This document shows, piece by piece, positions 11,451 to 20,000 of a stretch of 20,000 bases of DNA. This DNA is from Reclinomonas americana ATCC 50394 (lineage: Eukaryota), in contig PS015020.1 of NCBI GenBank assembly GCA_048213135.1, positions 508,173-528,172 on the forward strand, given 5' to 3'. Positions within the stretch are counted from its first letter, which is position 1. Each line of letters starts with the position of its first letter. A model generated the notes under the pieces. That model was not told where the DNA came from. It did no database searches and saw nothing but the letters and a program-made list of their open reading frames with translations. Made by a program: the position numbers and the translations under genes.

Positions 11451-14400
11451 CGGGTGCTGGCCACCCCGCCGCAGATGCCCAACGAGCAGGCGCCGCGGGG
11501 ATTTGTTTGTGTGGCGTTTACGGATATTGTTGCGCAACGGGAAAGGGGTAAAAGGGGAGAAGGGGAGAAGGGGAGAAAGGGGAGAAAGGAGAGTCAAAGT
11601 TCAGAATGTGATGAGAAAGAACGGTGTCAGAGGAGAAGAGTAAGACAGAAGACGAGAGGGAGGATAGAGGGGCATGGGAACGGAGAGAAGGAGAAGGGAA
11701 AGAGGAGGAGGAAAAAGAGGAGACAGGGGAGGAAGGAGATCCAGAGCGCAGAACCTGGTGATTTGGAGACGGGAAGTCAGAGGAGAAGAAAGACAGAAGG
11801 CGAAAGGGAGGATAGAGGGGCATGGGGGAGGAGTGAAGGAGGAGAGAAAATGTGAAAGGAATTGGAGAGAAAGAGAGAGGGAAGGAAGGAGAGTCAGAGT
11901 GACAGCGGAGAAAGATATGGCGCGAAAGGAGAGAGACAGAAGATGAGAGGGAGGGAAAGGTGGAATAGACGGGAATGGGAGAAATATAGAGAAGGAGAAA
12001 GGAAAGAGGAGGAAGAAGAGGCAGAGTGGAGAGCGGAGAAGAAATGGCGGGGTTTTGAGAGCCCTCTGCGCTCTATTTTTATGTTGCTTTGAGTAGTAAT
12101 GGAAAGAAGGAGAAAGCAACGAGGAGAAGGAGGAAGAGCCAGAGTGCAACATGTCTCTCCAACCATCACTGATCATGTTCTTCACACTGCCTTCTTCTTC
12201 CTCCTCTTTCCCTTCTCCTTCTCCGTTTCTCCCGGGCACAGTCCTTTCTCGTCTTCTGTCTTTTGTCTTTCTCCTCTTTTTTCGCTCAATCCACTGCACT
12301 TCTTGTCGCGTAGAAGCCACGACTTCTTTGTCGTTCTCTTGTCTGTCTACGTTACCACCATCAAGAACTGATGTTTGTGCGATCCTCCTTGCCTTCCATT
12401 CTGTAGCAACTGTCATCATCGTCCTCTTAGTTTATCAGCCCTTCTGTTCTCCCACTCTCTTCTTTCTCTCACCTCATTTTCCCCCCACTCGCAGGAGGCA
12501 TCCACCGCACTGTGGGAGACCGATCCGAAAGTAATGGCGGCCTGCATCAAGGTGCACCACACGCTCCTCCGCCGCACCATTCGCGAGTTCAACGGCTTCG
12601 AGGTCAAGACCGAGGGCGATGCATTCATGGTGACGTTCAGCAGTCCGGTCGATGCACTGCGGTGGGCGCTGCACACGCAGGTGGACTTGCTGGAGGCCGC
12701 GTGGCCGCGTGCCGTCTTCAAGCTGCAGTATGCGCAGATTCAAGGTTTGGTTTTCTTTCCTCAACAGCGCCTGTGTATTGCCCGCCTGCTTACGCTGTTC
12801 CTCCGCCACAGAGTCTCCGCTCACTGGCATCCTGTATCGCGGTCCGCGAGTGCGCATGGGCATACACTACGGCATGGCGATGGACCACATTGACGAGACA
12901 GGTTCGTTGCATCTCATCGGTATTGCTTCCAAGCCCAGCTGCTCATCCGCGCGCGCCACAGTCAACCGGCTGGACTACTACGGACCGACCATCAATCGTG
13001 CCGCGCGAGTGGCCGGCACTGCCGACGGCGGCTTCATCAACGTGTCGGACGACTTGCTGCGACAGATCCCGCGCTTCTCCAACGGCCAGCTCGACCTCTC
13101 CCCAGATTTCGAGGAGGGAACCGTGGTCGTGAATCATCTGGGCGCTCTGCCGTTGAAGGGCGTCACGGAGCAGATTCACGTGTATCAGGTGCTGCCGTTT
13201 GCGCTGCAGGAGCGTCTGGGACCGGATGCGCACTGGAACATGATCACCTCGCCGCCCATTCAACCGCAGCAGTCGATGAACGATTTGAGTGGCGACGAGC
13301 TGCTCCTCAACGATTCACCGCGACCCAATCTGTTCTTGGACGACCTGCCGTCGCCCAAGGATCACCTCACGGTGAACAAGCTGCGCGCGGCTTCGGAGGT
13401 GAGCTATTCATCATACATCTCTCTCCGGATTGTTCAAGTCGTCTCACCTCGTATTCCCCCCACGCAGCACATCATGTCGCCCGCCACCATGCACACCGTC
13501 GTCAGCCTGACACACCACGAGCACGGGGCAGGCGTGGACTCGCAAGCCAGTGTCTCGCTGGATCCGCGCACCGTCTCCGCCTCGGTGCTGCTGTCGCGAC
13601 TGCCGTCACACCCGGCCACGCCGACCAACAGTCTCACCAATCGCTCCGTGCACTCGTCGCTGCACCGTTTCGTCGGACGACCGGGCATGGCGCAGAGTAT
13701 GATTGCCTCGCCGAGCTGCGCATCGCCGCGGGTGCAAACGTCTCTGCGCCGCCGCTGGCACAAGGCGCAGGAGCGACTGGCGCTGTACCGCGGTCTCGAC
13801 GCCAGTGCCAATCTGCCGTTTGCGGTCATGGCCAACGATCCCGAGGTCATGCACTCGCTGCAGCAGCAGGAGCGACTGGTGTCGGGCATGGCGAACGGGG
13901 GTGACACGATTGTGGTGGTGGACGGCGCGGGTGCGGGATCGGGTGGAGCTCACGGGGCGCCTCCGGCCATGGGTGGTGCTGGCGGCGGTGGTGGTGCCGG
14001 AATGGCAGCTGCCACTGGCAATGGTGGTGGTCAAGGCGGTGGCGCGGCTGGCGGTGGTGACGCGGCGCAAATGGCACGTGCGGCATTCCAGCGGCGCAGC
14101 GCCTCACGCGGCAGTCGCATGTCTTTAGGCAGCGGCCTGCTGCGCAGTCGGCTGCTGGCGGCGCACAATCGATCGCAGGCGTACGCTCTCAACGAGCTGC
14201 ACCATCATCACCACCAACAGCAGCAGCCGCAACACCATCATCACACCTCAAATCGCCACCTCCAGTCCTACTACCCCGTGCAACACGATCGCGACGCGGA
14301 GGCGTCCATGGACGACGACCAGGAGAATTCGGGCATCACCTCGCCAGTGCAACTGCCTGGCGTGGTGCGGCAGCGGAGGCGTGGATCGCAGTCGCACTTA

Positions 14401-14577
14401 AATAACGAGCGACTGCAACCACGATCGACCAACATGCCACTGGTTCCAGCCTCACCATCGATGCTGAGAAGCGGCGGTGGCATGGCTTCACCACCCCCAC
14501 CACAATCACAGCCACCACCCTCGCCGGGTTCGCACGAGCGGGAGGATGTGGAGAGCGGTCCCATGGAACGATGGTGA
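8379..14577 (+). CDS. Amt/Mep-family ammonium transporter domain fused to a class III adenylyl cyclase, with a long low-complexity C-terminal tail (about 1189 aa, 10 exons)
   Basis: Exons are 8379-8432, 8609-8858, 8926-9058, 9864-10501, 10853-11188, 11257-11528, 12495-12744, 12812-12901, 12962-13398 and 13468-14577. All introns are GT-AG with matching phases; the total is 3570 nt with no internal stop. Amt motifs: GYLLIEAS, ISGAVAERAKLSAY, FPLVSSWTW..GFL, VDAAGAGAVHLVSG, VVNTLL, LNSAIAGAVAASSGCAVV, WPVHAACGAWGLLATGI. Cyclase motifs: APRGFVCVAFTDI/EASTALWE, FEVKTEGDAFMVTF, GPRVRMGIHYG, LDYYGPTINRAARV, LPLKGV. The last Amt helix and the cyclase start lie in the same exon (exon 6). Confidence 0.93.
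11490..13200 (+). other. Class III nucleotidyl cyclase catalytic domain, adenylyl-specific signature (exons 6-9 of the fusion gene)
   Basis: Metal-binding Asp residues are in FTDI and EGDAF. The ATP-specifying Lys (VKT) and Asp (LDYYG) are present, as are the transition-state Asn/Arg (NRAAR). STALWE/KTEGDAFM matches the single-domain homodimeric cyclase type seen in fungi and various protists. Confidence 0.93.
11592..11970 (+). repeat. Degenerate purine-rich tandem duplication (about 148 nt period) within intron 6 of the Amt-cyclase gene
   Basis: The 21-mer GGGAGGATAGAGGGGCATGGG is exact at 11658 and 11806, each preceded by GTCAGAGGAGAAGA..AAGACAGAAG. A weaker third copy lies around 11890-11970. 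Confidence 0.65.
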
Positions 14578-14834
14578 CGAGAGAGCGAGGGAGGGAGAAA
14601 AAGATAGTGAGAAGGGAAATCAATATTTTTTGTACGTTAGTAGTATGTTGTTAGAAAATATCTCCAAGTGTACCATACCAATCGTGTGTTCTTTTTTTTA
14701 AACAACAGCAGCGACAAGGTGATGACAACAACAACAACAACAACTAAGCCAAACGAATAAGGTCAGGAACAGAAAGAGAAAAGAGGGCGTCTAGAGTGCA
14801 AAGAAGAAGAGAAGAAAGGAATAAACAAATTACG

Positions 14835-16363
14835 TCAATGATGATCGTGGTGGTGGAACGAATCGTCCTTGATGCCTAGGAGGAATTTAGCGTACCTGGT
14901 GGCACGACAACAGTCCGTCAGTCAGTCAAGCGTGCCACCATGCCGATGGATGAAAGCGATTGCACGCGCGCGACGCAACTCGTACGTCATCCATGAAATG
15001 GCGGCGGACGGGGCAACATACAGAGCTCGTGCCGATGCACCCTGGAAGAAGCCGGAGACGCCGGCATTCCGGTACACGTACTTGGCGGCGTCCATGAAGC
15101 CTCGAAAGGTGACACCCAGCGAGCCTTGCGTCTGCAGGTAGGTCTTGATGACGTCCAGCGGGTTGGAGATCAGGGCGGCTGCGGCTCCAGCCGTGCCGCC
15201 GCTGACAAAGTGCTTCCAAAGCGCGGAGCCGTCACTGCGGGGAAGGAAAAAGGGGGAGAAGGGAAAGGGGGTGAGAGGGGGAAAAGGGGGGAGAAAGGGG
15301 AAGGGGGAAGGGGGAAAAGGGGAAGGGGGAAGTGAGGATGGAGAAGCGGAAGAAAATGATGATGAATGTGTAAATGATGAAGAGGAAGAGAGGCAGGAGA
15401 CTGACGGGCGAGGTTGGGCAAGAGAGGTAGAGAAGGAGAGAGAGAGAGAGAGTGAGAAACGTGCAGAAGGTAGAGCTGAAAGGAAAAGGATGCTGAGATT
15501 TGGTGTGGGACAAGGAACGGAGGCGAAAGAGAAACATGCGAAGGTGTGCAGGCGAGAAAGAGATACGATACAGAGAGTGAGACAGAGAGAAGTGACAACG
15601 ACAGACACGCAGAGGCTGAAAGTGAGGACAGAAGTTGTTGAATTTGGAAGTGAGGAGCAAGAAGAGAGACACAGGTGAAGTCGTGCAGGAGAGAGAAAGA
15701 GACGCCAACACAGAGAGACAGAATGCGAAAGCGAGAGACATGACAAGGTTGAGATTGGGGAAGAGAGAGAGAGAGAGGAGGGAGGACAGAGAGAGAAGAG
15801 AGAGAGAGAGAAGCAAGAAAGAAAGCGTGAGAGGAAGAGAGAAAGGAGACGGGGGAGAGTTTCTCTTTCCCAACAAAACGCAACGCCATATCGTCGGGTT
15901 GTCGGAGTACTCGTTTCGCGCTCTCGTACACGGCAAAGTGCACGGCGCTGTACGGAATGTTCATGGCGAGGGTGGTGGGGTACGAGACAAAGAAGGCACG
16001 CATGCCTTCTGCGGCATACACGTGTCGCACACAGGAGAGCACACTTCTGTGCTGACTCTGGAACAGTTGCATGCGTTGCTTGATTACGTCGGTCGGGGTG
16101 ACGACGGCGTCGTGGGCGGCCACCGCCACGGCACCGGCCAGGCCGGCGGCGATCGGATGGTGGCCGGGCTGATCGGCACCGAACCATTTCTTGGCTTGCT
16201 CGTAGGCGGCAAAGGAGAGGGCGTGGGAGGGGATGGCGCCGCCGGCGGCCACACTCACGCCGCGCCACAGGCGCATGATGCCCTCGGTGCGGAGGACGGT
16301 CTGCGAGAGGATAAGGGGAATGAGGAGAAGGGATTGAGGAGAAGGGTTAGGAGAAAGGGGAGA

Positions 16364-16398
<35 letters not shown>

Positions 16399-16509
16399 GA
16401 GGAAGGAAGGAGAGAGAAGAAGAGAGAGAGGGACGACGAGAGAGAGAGAGAGAGAGAGAAAGAAGAGAGAGAANNNNNNNNNNNNNNNNNNNNNNNNNNN
16501 NNNNNNNNN

Positions 16510-16606
<97 letters not shown>

Positions 16607-16611
16607 GAGAG

Positions 16612-16649
<38 letters not shown>

Positions 16650-18057
16650 GAGGAAAGGGAATGGAATGAAAAGAGAGGAGAAATGCGAGGCCAGAGAAGG
16701 ACAAGAAGAGAACAGGTGAAGAAAAAAGGGCAGTGAATGCTGAGAATTCAAGCTGGAAATGAGAGGGTAGGAGTAGAGAAAGAAGAGCGAGGGGAAGGAG
16801 CGAGTTGATAGTGTGAACGCAACTCCAACAGCATTGACCACGCCCGTGTAGTGAGGGCTGGTGGCGATAGTGGCGACCTGTGAGGAGGTAAGCGATTCAG
16901 TGTTGGTTTGCACAGGCATCGAGCATCAGAACTGCCTTCGGAAAGGACGAGAAGAAGAGACAGCGAAAACTCGTTGATGTTGAGTGTGACTACTCGAGAC
17001 TGGTCACTTCTCTGTAGTCTCATCCGAAATAGAGAAGGCAGGTCTGAGAGGGAGAGGAAGTGACGAAGACGAAGCCTGAGACAATAGAAGTGTACGTTGT
17101 GTGATTGGGTGTCGCTTTTGCTGACTCGTCGCACACACCCGCACATCAAGCCTCAGTATTGCACAGTTCCCTCTCAGGAGGAAGACAAGGGGGAGAGAGA
17201 AGACAAGTCTGAGACAATAAGAGAGGTGCACGGGTGATTGATGTGTGACCACTCGAGACTCGTCACTTACTGCAGTCTCTCTCACAAACACGCATCCAGC
17301 GGGCAAGGGAAAGACAGTCGAGGGCATGCGAATAGGCGCACGGGTGATTGAGTGTGACCACTCGAGACTCGTTACAAACCGCAGTCTCTCTTTCAAACAG
17401 GCATCGTCGAGGGCAAGGAAGAGACAGTCGAGGGCATGAGAAAGGAGCACGGGTGATTGATGTGTGACCACTCACAACTCGTCACTTTCTGCAGTCTTTC
17501 TATCAAACACGGATTCAACGGGCAAGGAAGAGACAGTCGGGGTGATTGATGTGTGACCACTCGAGACTCGTCACTTTCTGCAGTCCCTCTCAAGGAAGAG
17601 ACAGTCGAGGGCATGAGAAAGGAGCACACGGGTGACCACTCGAGACTCGTCACATACTGCTGCCCCTCTCAAACACACAAAGAAGCCTCAGTGCAGACCT
17701 GTTCTTTCTCTGTCTCTGCTTCTCTCGCACTCTGACTCAATGCAATCACTGATGCACCACATCAAAAAATCTCCGACATACCCCCTTTTCCTCCCCATAT
17801 CCCCTCCCTTTCCCTCCACCCTCTCCATCTCACCTGTAACCGCGTCTTAATCGTATCCACTGGATACATGACCACGTGCTCCAAGCAACCCGCCAGTGCC
17901 CCCGCCGCCATGTGCTGCACAAAGGCCGCTTCTCCTCCCCCGTGCTCCTCGCCCGCATGGTGATCATGATGATCATGGGCTAAGGGTAAGAGAGGAGAGA
18001 GAGCAAAGAGAGAGTGAGAGGGTCAACATTTCCAACAACTTTGCAAACACACACGCG

Positions 18058-18112
<55 letters not shown>

Positions 18113-18335
18113 GAGGAGGAGGAGGAGAGAGGTGTGTGTGTGTGNNNNNNNNNNNNNNNNNNNNGAGAGAGAGAGAGAGAGAGGGAGGAAGAGGGCGAGA
18201 GAGCTGTGTGTGTGTGCGTGTGCAAAGTGAGAGGCCACACAGCTTGTCTCTCTCTGTCTCTCTTGTACACACACTCTCTCACAAACACACTCACGTACAC
18301 ACAGTGAGAGTGCAGACAAGTGGTTGTGCTTGTGC

Positions 18336-18383
<48 letters not shown>

Positions 18384-18398
18384 CTCACCGTCTGCCAT
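14835..18398 (-). CDS. mfrn: Mitochondrial carrier (SLC25), mitoferrin/Mrs3-Mrs4 iron-transporter type, 313 aa, 6 exons
   Basis: Exons are 18398-18389, 17979-17834, 16877-16824, 16300-15885, 15234-14980 and 14895-14835; phases match and the total is 942 nt. There are three carrier repeats with Px[DE]xx[KR]: [22 protein letters not shown] and [11 protein letters not shown]. Mitoferrin-typical segments include [65 protein letters not shown] and [12 protein letters not shown]. Confidence 0.93.
16367..16646. repeat. (GA)n microsatellite with an assembly gap (N at 16474-16509) in mitoferrin intron 3
   Basis: Long GA dinucleotide run flanking 36 Ns. Confidence 0.95.
16975..17680. repeat. Minisatellite with a unit of about 90-110 bp in mitoferrin intron 2
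   Basis: The unit core GGGTGATTGA(T)GTGTGACCACTCGAGACTCGTCAC...GCAGTC...GGAAGAGACAGTCGAGGGCATG starts at about 17231, 17341, 17450, 17540 and 17630. Degenerate copies lie at about 16981 and 17076-17135. Confidence 0.9.
18058..18380. repeat. Compound (GA)n/(GGA)n/(GT)n microsatellites with an assembly gap (N at 18145-18164) in mitoferrin intron 1
   Basis: Directly visible dinucleotide and trinucleotide runs plus 20 Ns. Confidence 0.9.
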
Positions 18399-18657
18399 TG
18401 TGCAGCAGTCTCTCTTTGTTGTTGTGCACACACACGCAGAGAGAGTGAGATCGCGGTTTTGCGTGGGGTTTCCTTAGGCAAACAGCGATTGTGTGCTCTC
18501 ACTGCGCGATGCGATGCTGTGCGATGATTGCAATTTTCGAAGTTTGGTTGGTGGGTGGTGTTTCGCAGTCGCGATGCAAAGTCAGTTGTTTTGCTCTCTT
18601 GTCTTCTCTTTCTCTCTTGGCGCTTGCTTGTTCGTTCACTGGGCGTGCATGGTGAGC

Positions 18658-18905
18658 GATCGCTTGCTTGCTGCTGTGTGCATGCCTCTGTGTGTTCGCT
18701 TTCCCGGCAGAAACGATCGCGATCGGAGTTTTTTGTTGGGTGCACCTATGCGTCGATATCGCTGTGATCGCGTGGATCGTGAGGGTGTGCGTGTGTGTGG
18801 AGGAGTGCGTGTGTGTGGGCCTTTGCGCTGCGATCGTTGCTGGAGATCGGTGATCGCGATCATCGACGTCGCGTCAGCACAGTGATCACGGTGATCGCGA
18901 TCGCG
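18658..18905. promoter_or_regulatory. GATC/CGATCG-dense cluster in the divergent intergenic region between mitoferrin and the secreted-protein gene
   Basis: Twelve GATC sites in about 245 nt (18658, 18715, 18721, 18766, 18775, 18832, 18845, 18852, 18858, 18884, 18893, 18899). A regulatory role is inferred from position only. Confidence 0.4.
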
Positions 18906-19334
18906 CGCACAGGCTGGTGTAGTCCACCACTCCTCTTTCAGTGCGCAGTGCACGCTGCGGCGTTAATTCAGCGTGCAGCGCGACAAGCCTCCTCACTGCA
19001 TTCGACGTCGACGTCGCAATCGCTGCGGATCGTCTTCTCGCGATCTGCGCTGGCCTAGCAGCTAGGGTGCATTAGAACATCCTGTCAGGCACTCAGTCAC
19101 GCAGCCGCGGCCATCGTAGCGCACGTGGTTGACTCGCAAACGCCGACGTCGACGATCTTTCGCGTTTTTCGCTTGCTTTTTTTCTGTATTCTCTGCATCG
19201 ATGCCTTTACGCTCGTATACACCACACCACGAGCACGTCGCAGACTTACGTGCAGCGCTTTGCACGCTTGTTCATCACCTCCTCACCACGTCCGGCAGGA
19301 CATAATCAATTCTCCGTCGCACTCGTCGCACGCA

Positions 19335-19659
19335 ATGAAGGTCGCCATCGTCCTCGCCCTCGCGTTCGCCCTCGTGGCCGTGACCGTCACCGCCTCACTG
19401 AGCCAGGTCCACCTCTCACGAAATCACATATTGTCCGAAAATATGCATGCACACTCACACTCTCTCACACAGAACACCCCGACTTTCCAGTCGACATGGG
19501 TGTTCGACAACTCCGAGGCCCCCTCCGCCCGCGAGCTGGAGTTCCAAGTTCCGTGTGAGAAGGCAGAAGCAACAATATGCGCACGCGTCATCTCACTCAC
19601 ACTTGCGCTCTCTCTCTCTCTCTCAACAACACACACTGCAGGACAAGTTCATTGGCTTC
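19335..19659 (+). CDS. 5' part of a secreted protein, possibly a papain-family (C1A) cysteine protease with an I29 propeptide; continues off the right end
   Basis: The ATG at 19335 begins a clear signal peptide, MKVAIVLALAFALVAVTVTA. Tentative exons are 19335-19406, 19473-19547 (NTPTFQSTWVFDNSEAPSARELEFQ) and 19642-19659 (DKFIGF). ELEFQDKFIGF resembles the start of the I29 prodomain helix. No catalytic domain is in the window, so the family call is weak. Confidence 0.55.
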
Positions 19660-19775
19660 GTTGCGTAAAACTGCTTCCAAGAAGGGGAGGAGCAAGAAGA
19701 AGGGAACTTTAGTGTGCTTGGGGGTCATTGCAAGTCGAGGCCATCTTCTCGCGCACTCTCTCTTGCTCTCTCACA

Positions 19776-20000
<225 letters not shown>

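Noticed and set aside
8379-14577. Two separate genes (Amt and cyclase), or a guanylyl cyclase
   Set aside because: Both domains share exon 6 in one frame with no stop. The specificity residues are Lys/Asp (ATP type), not Glu/Cys.
14820-14825. AATAAA as the poly(A) signal of the Amt-cyclase gene, implying overlapping 3' UTRs with mitoferrin
   Set aside because: A single hexamer in A-rich sequence cannot be supported without transcript data.
17231-17680. CRISPR-like array (recurring partially palindromic 35-nt core)
   Set aside because: The intervening sequences are homologous to each other rather than unique spacers, the array is in a eukaryotic intron, and there are no cas genes.
16255-18745. 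Leu/Ser- or Arg/Glu-repeat ORFs
   Set aside because: These are translations of (GA)n/(CT)n microsatellites spanning N-gaps inside mitoferrin introns.

Overview
Intron-rich, microsatellite-rich eukaryotic genomic DNA, probably from a protist, with two N-gaps. The ORF track is mostly uninformative, so I spliced the genes by hand. Six protein-coding genes are supported: (1) the 5' part of a Gln/Ala-rich protein (- strand, runs off the left end); (2) eIF5A (-, 5 exons, 155 aa); (3) a Methyltransf_24-type class I SAM methyltransferase with a hydrophobic N-terminal segment (+); (4) a 10-exon gene of about 1189 aa fusing an Amt/Mep ammonium-transporter domain to a class III adenylyl cyclase and a long disordered tail (+); (5) a mitoferrin-type SLC25 iron carrier with His-rich N- and C-termini (-, 6 exons, 313 aa); (6) the 5' part of a secreted protein, possibly a papain-family protease (+, runs off the right end). 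The standout is the Amt-cyclase fusion. The cyclase keeps all its catalytic residues. The Amt keeps the twin His but has lost the Phe gate and the WFGFN motif, which suggests an ammonium-sensing receptor cyclase. Other observations are a recurrent atypical GTTGCG splice donor, GATC/CGATCG clusters in promoter regions and an intronic minisatellite of about 110 bp.
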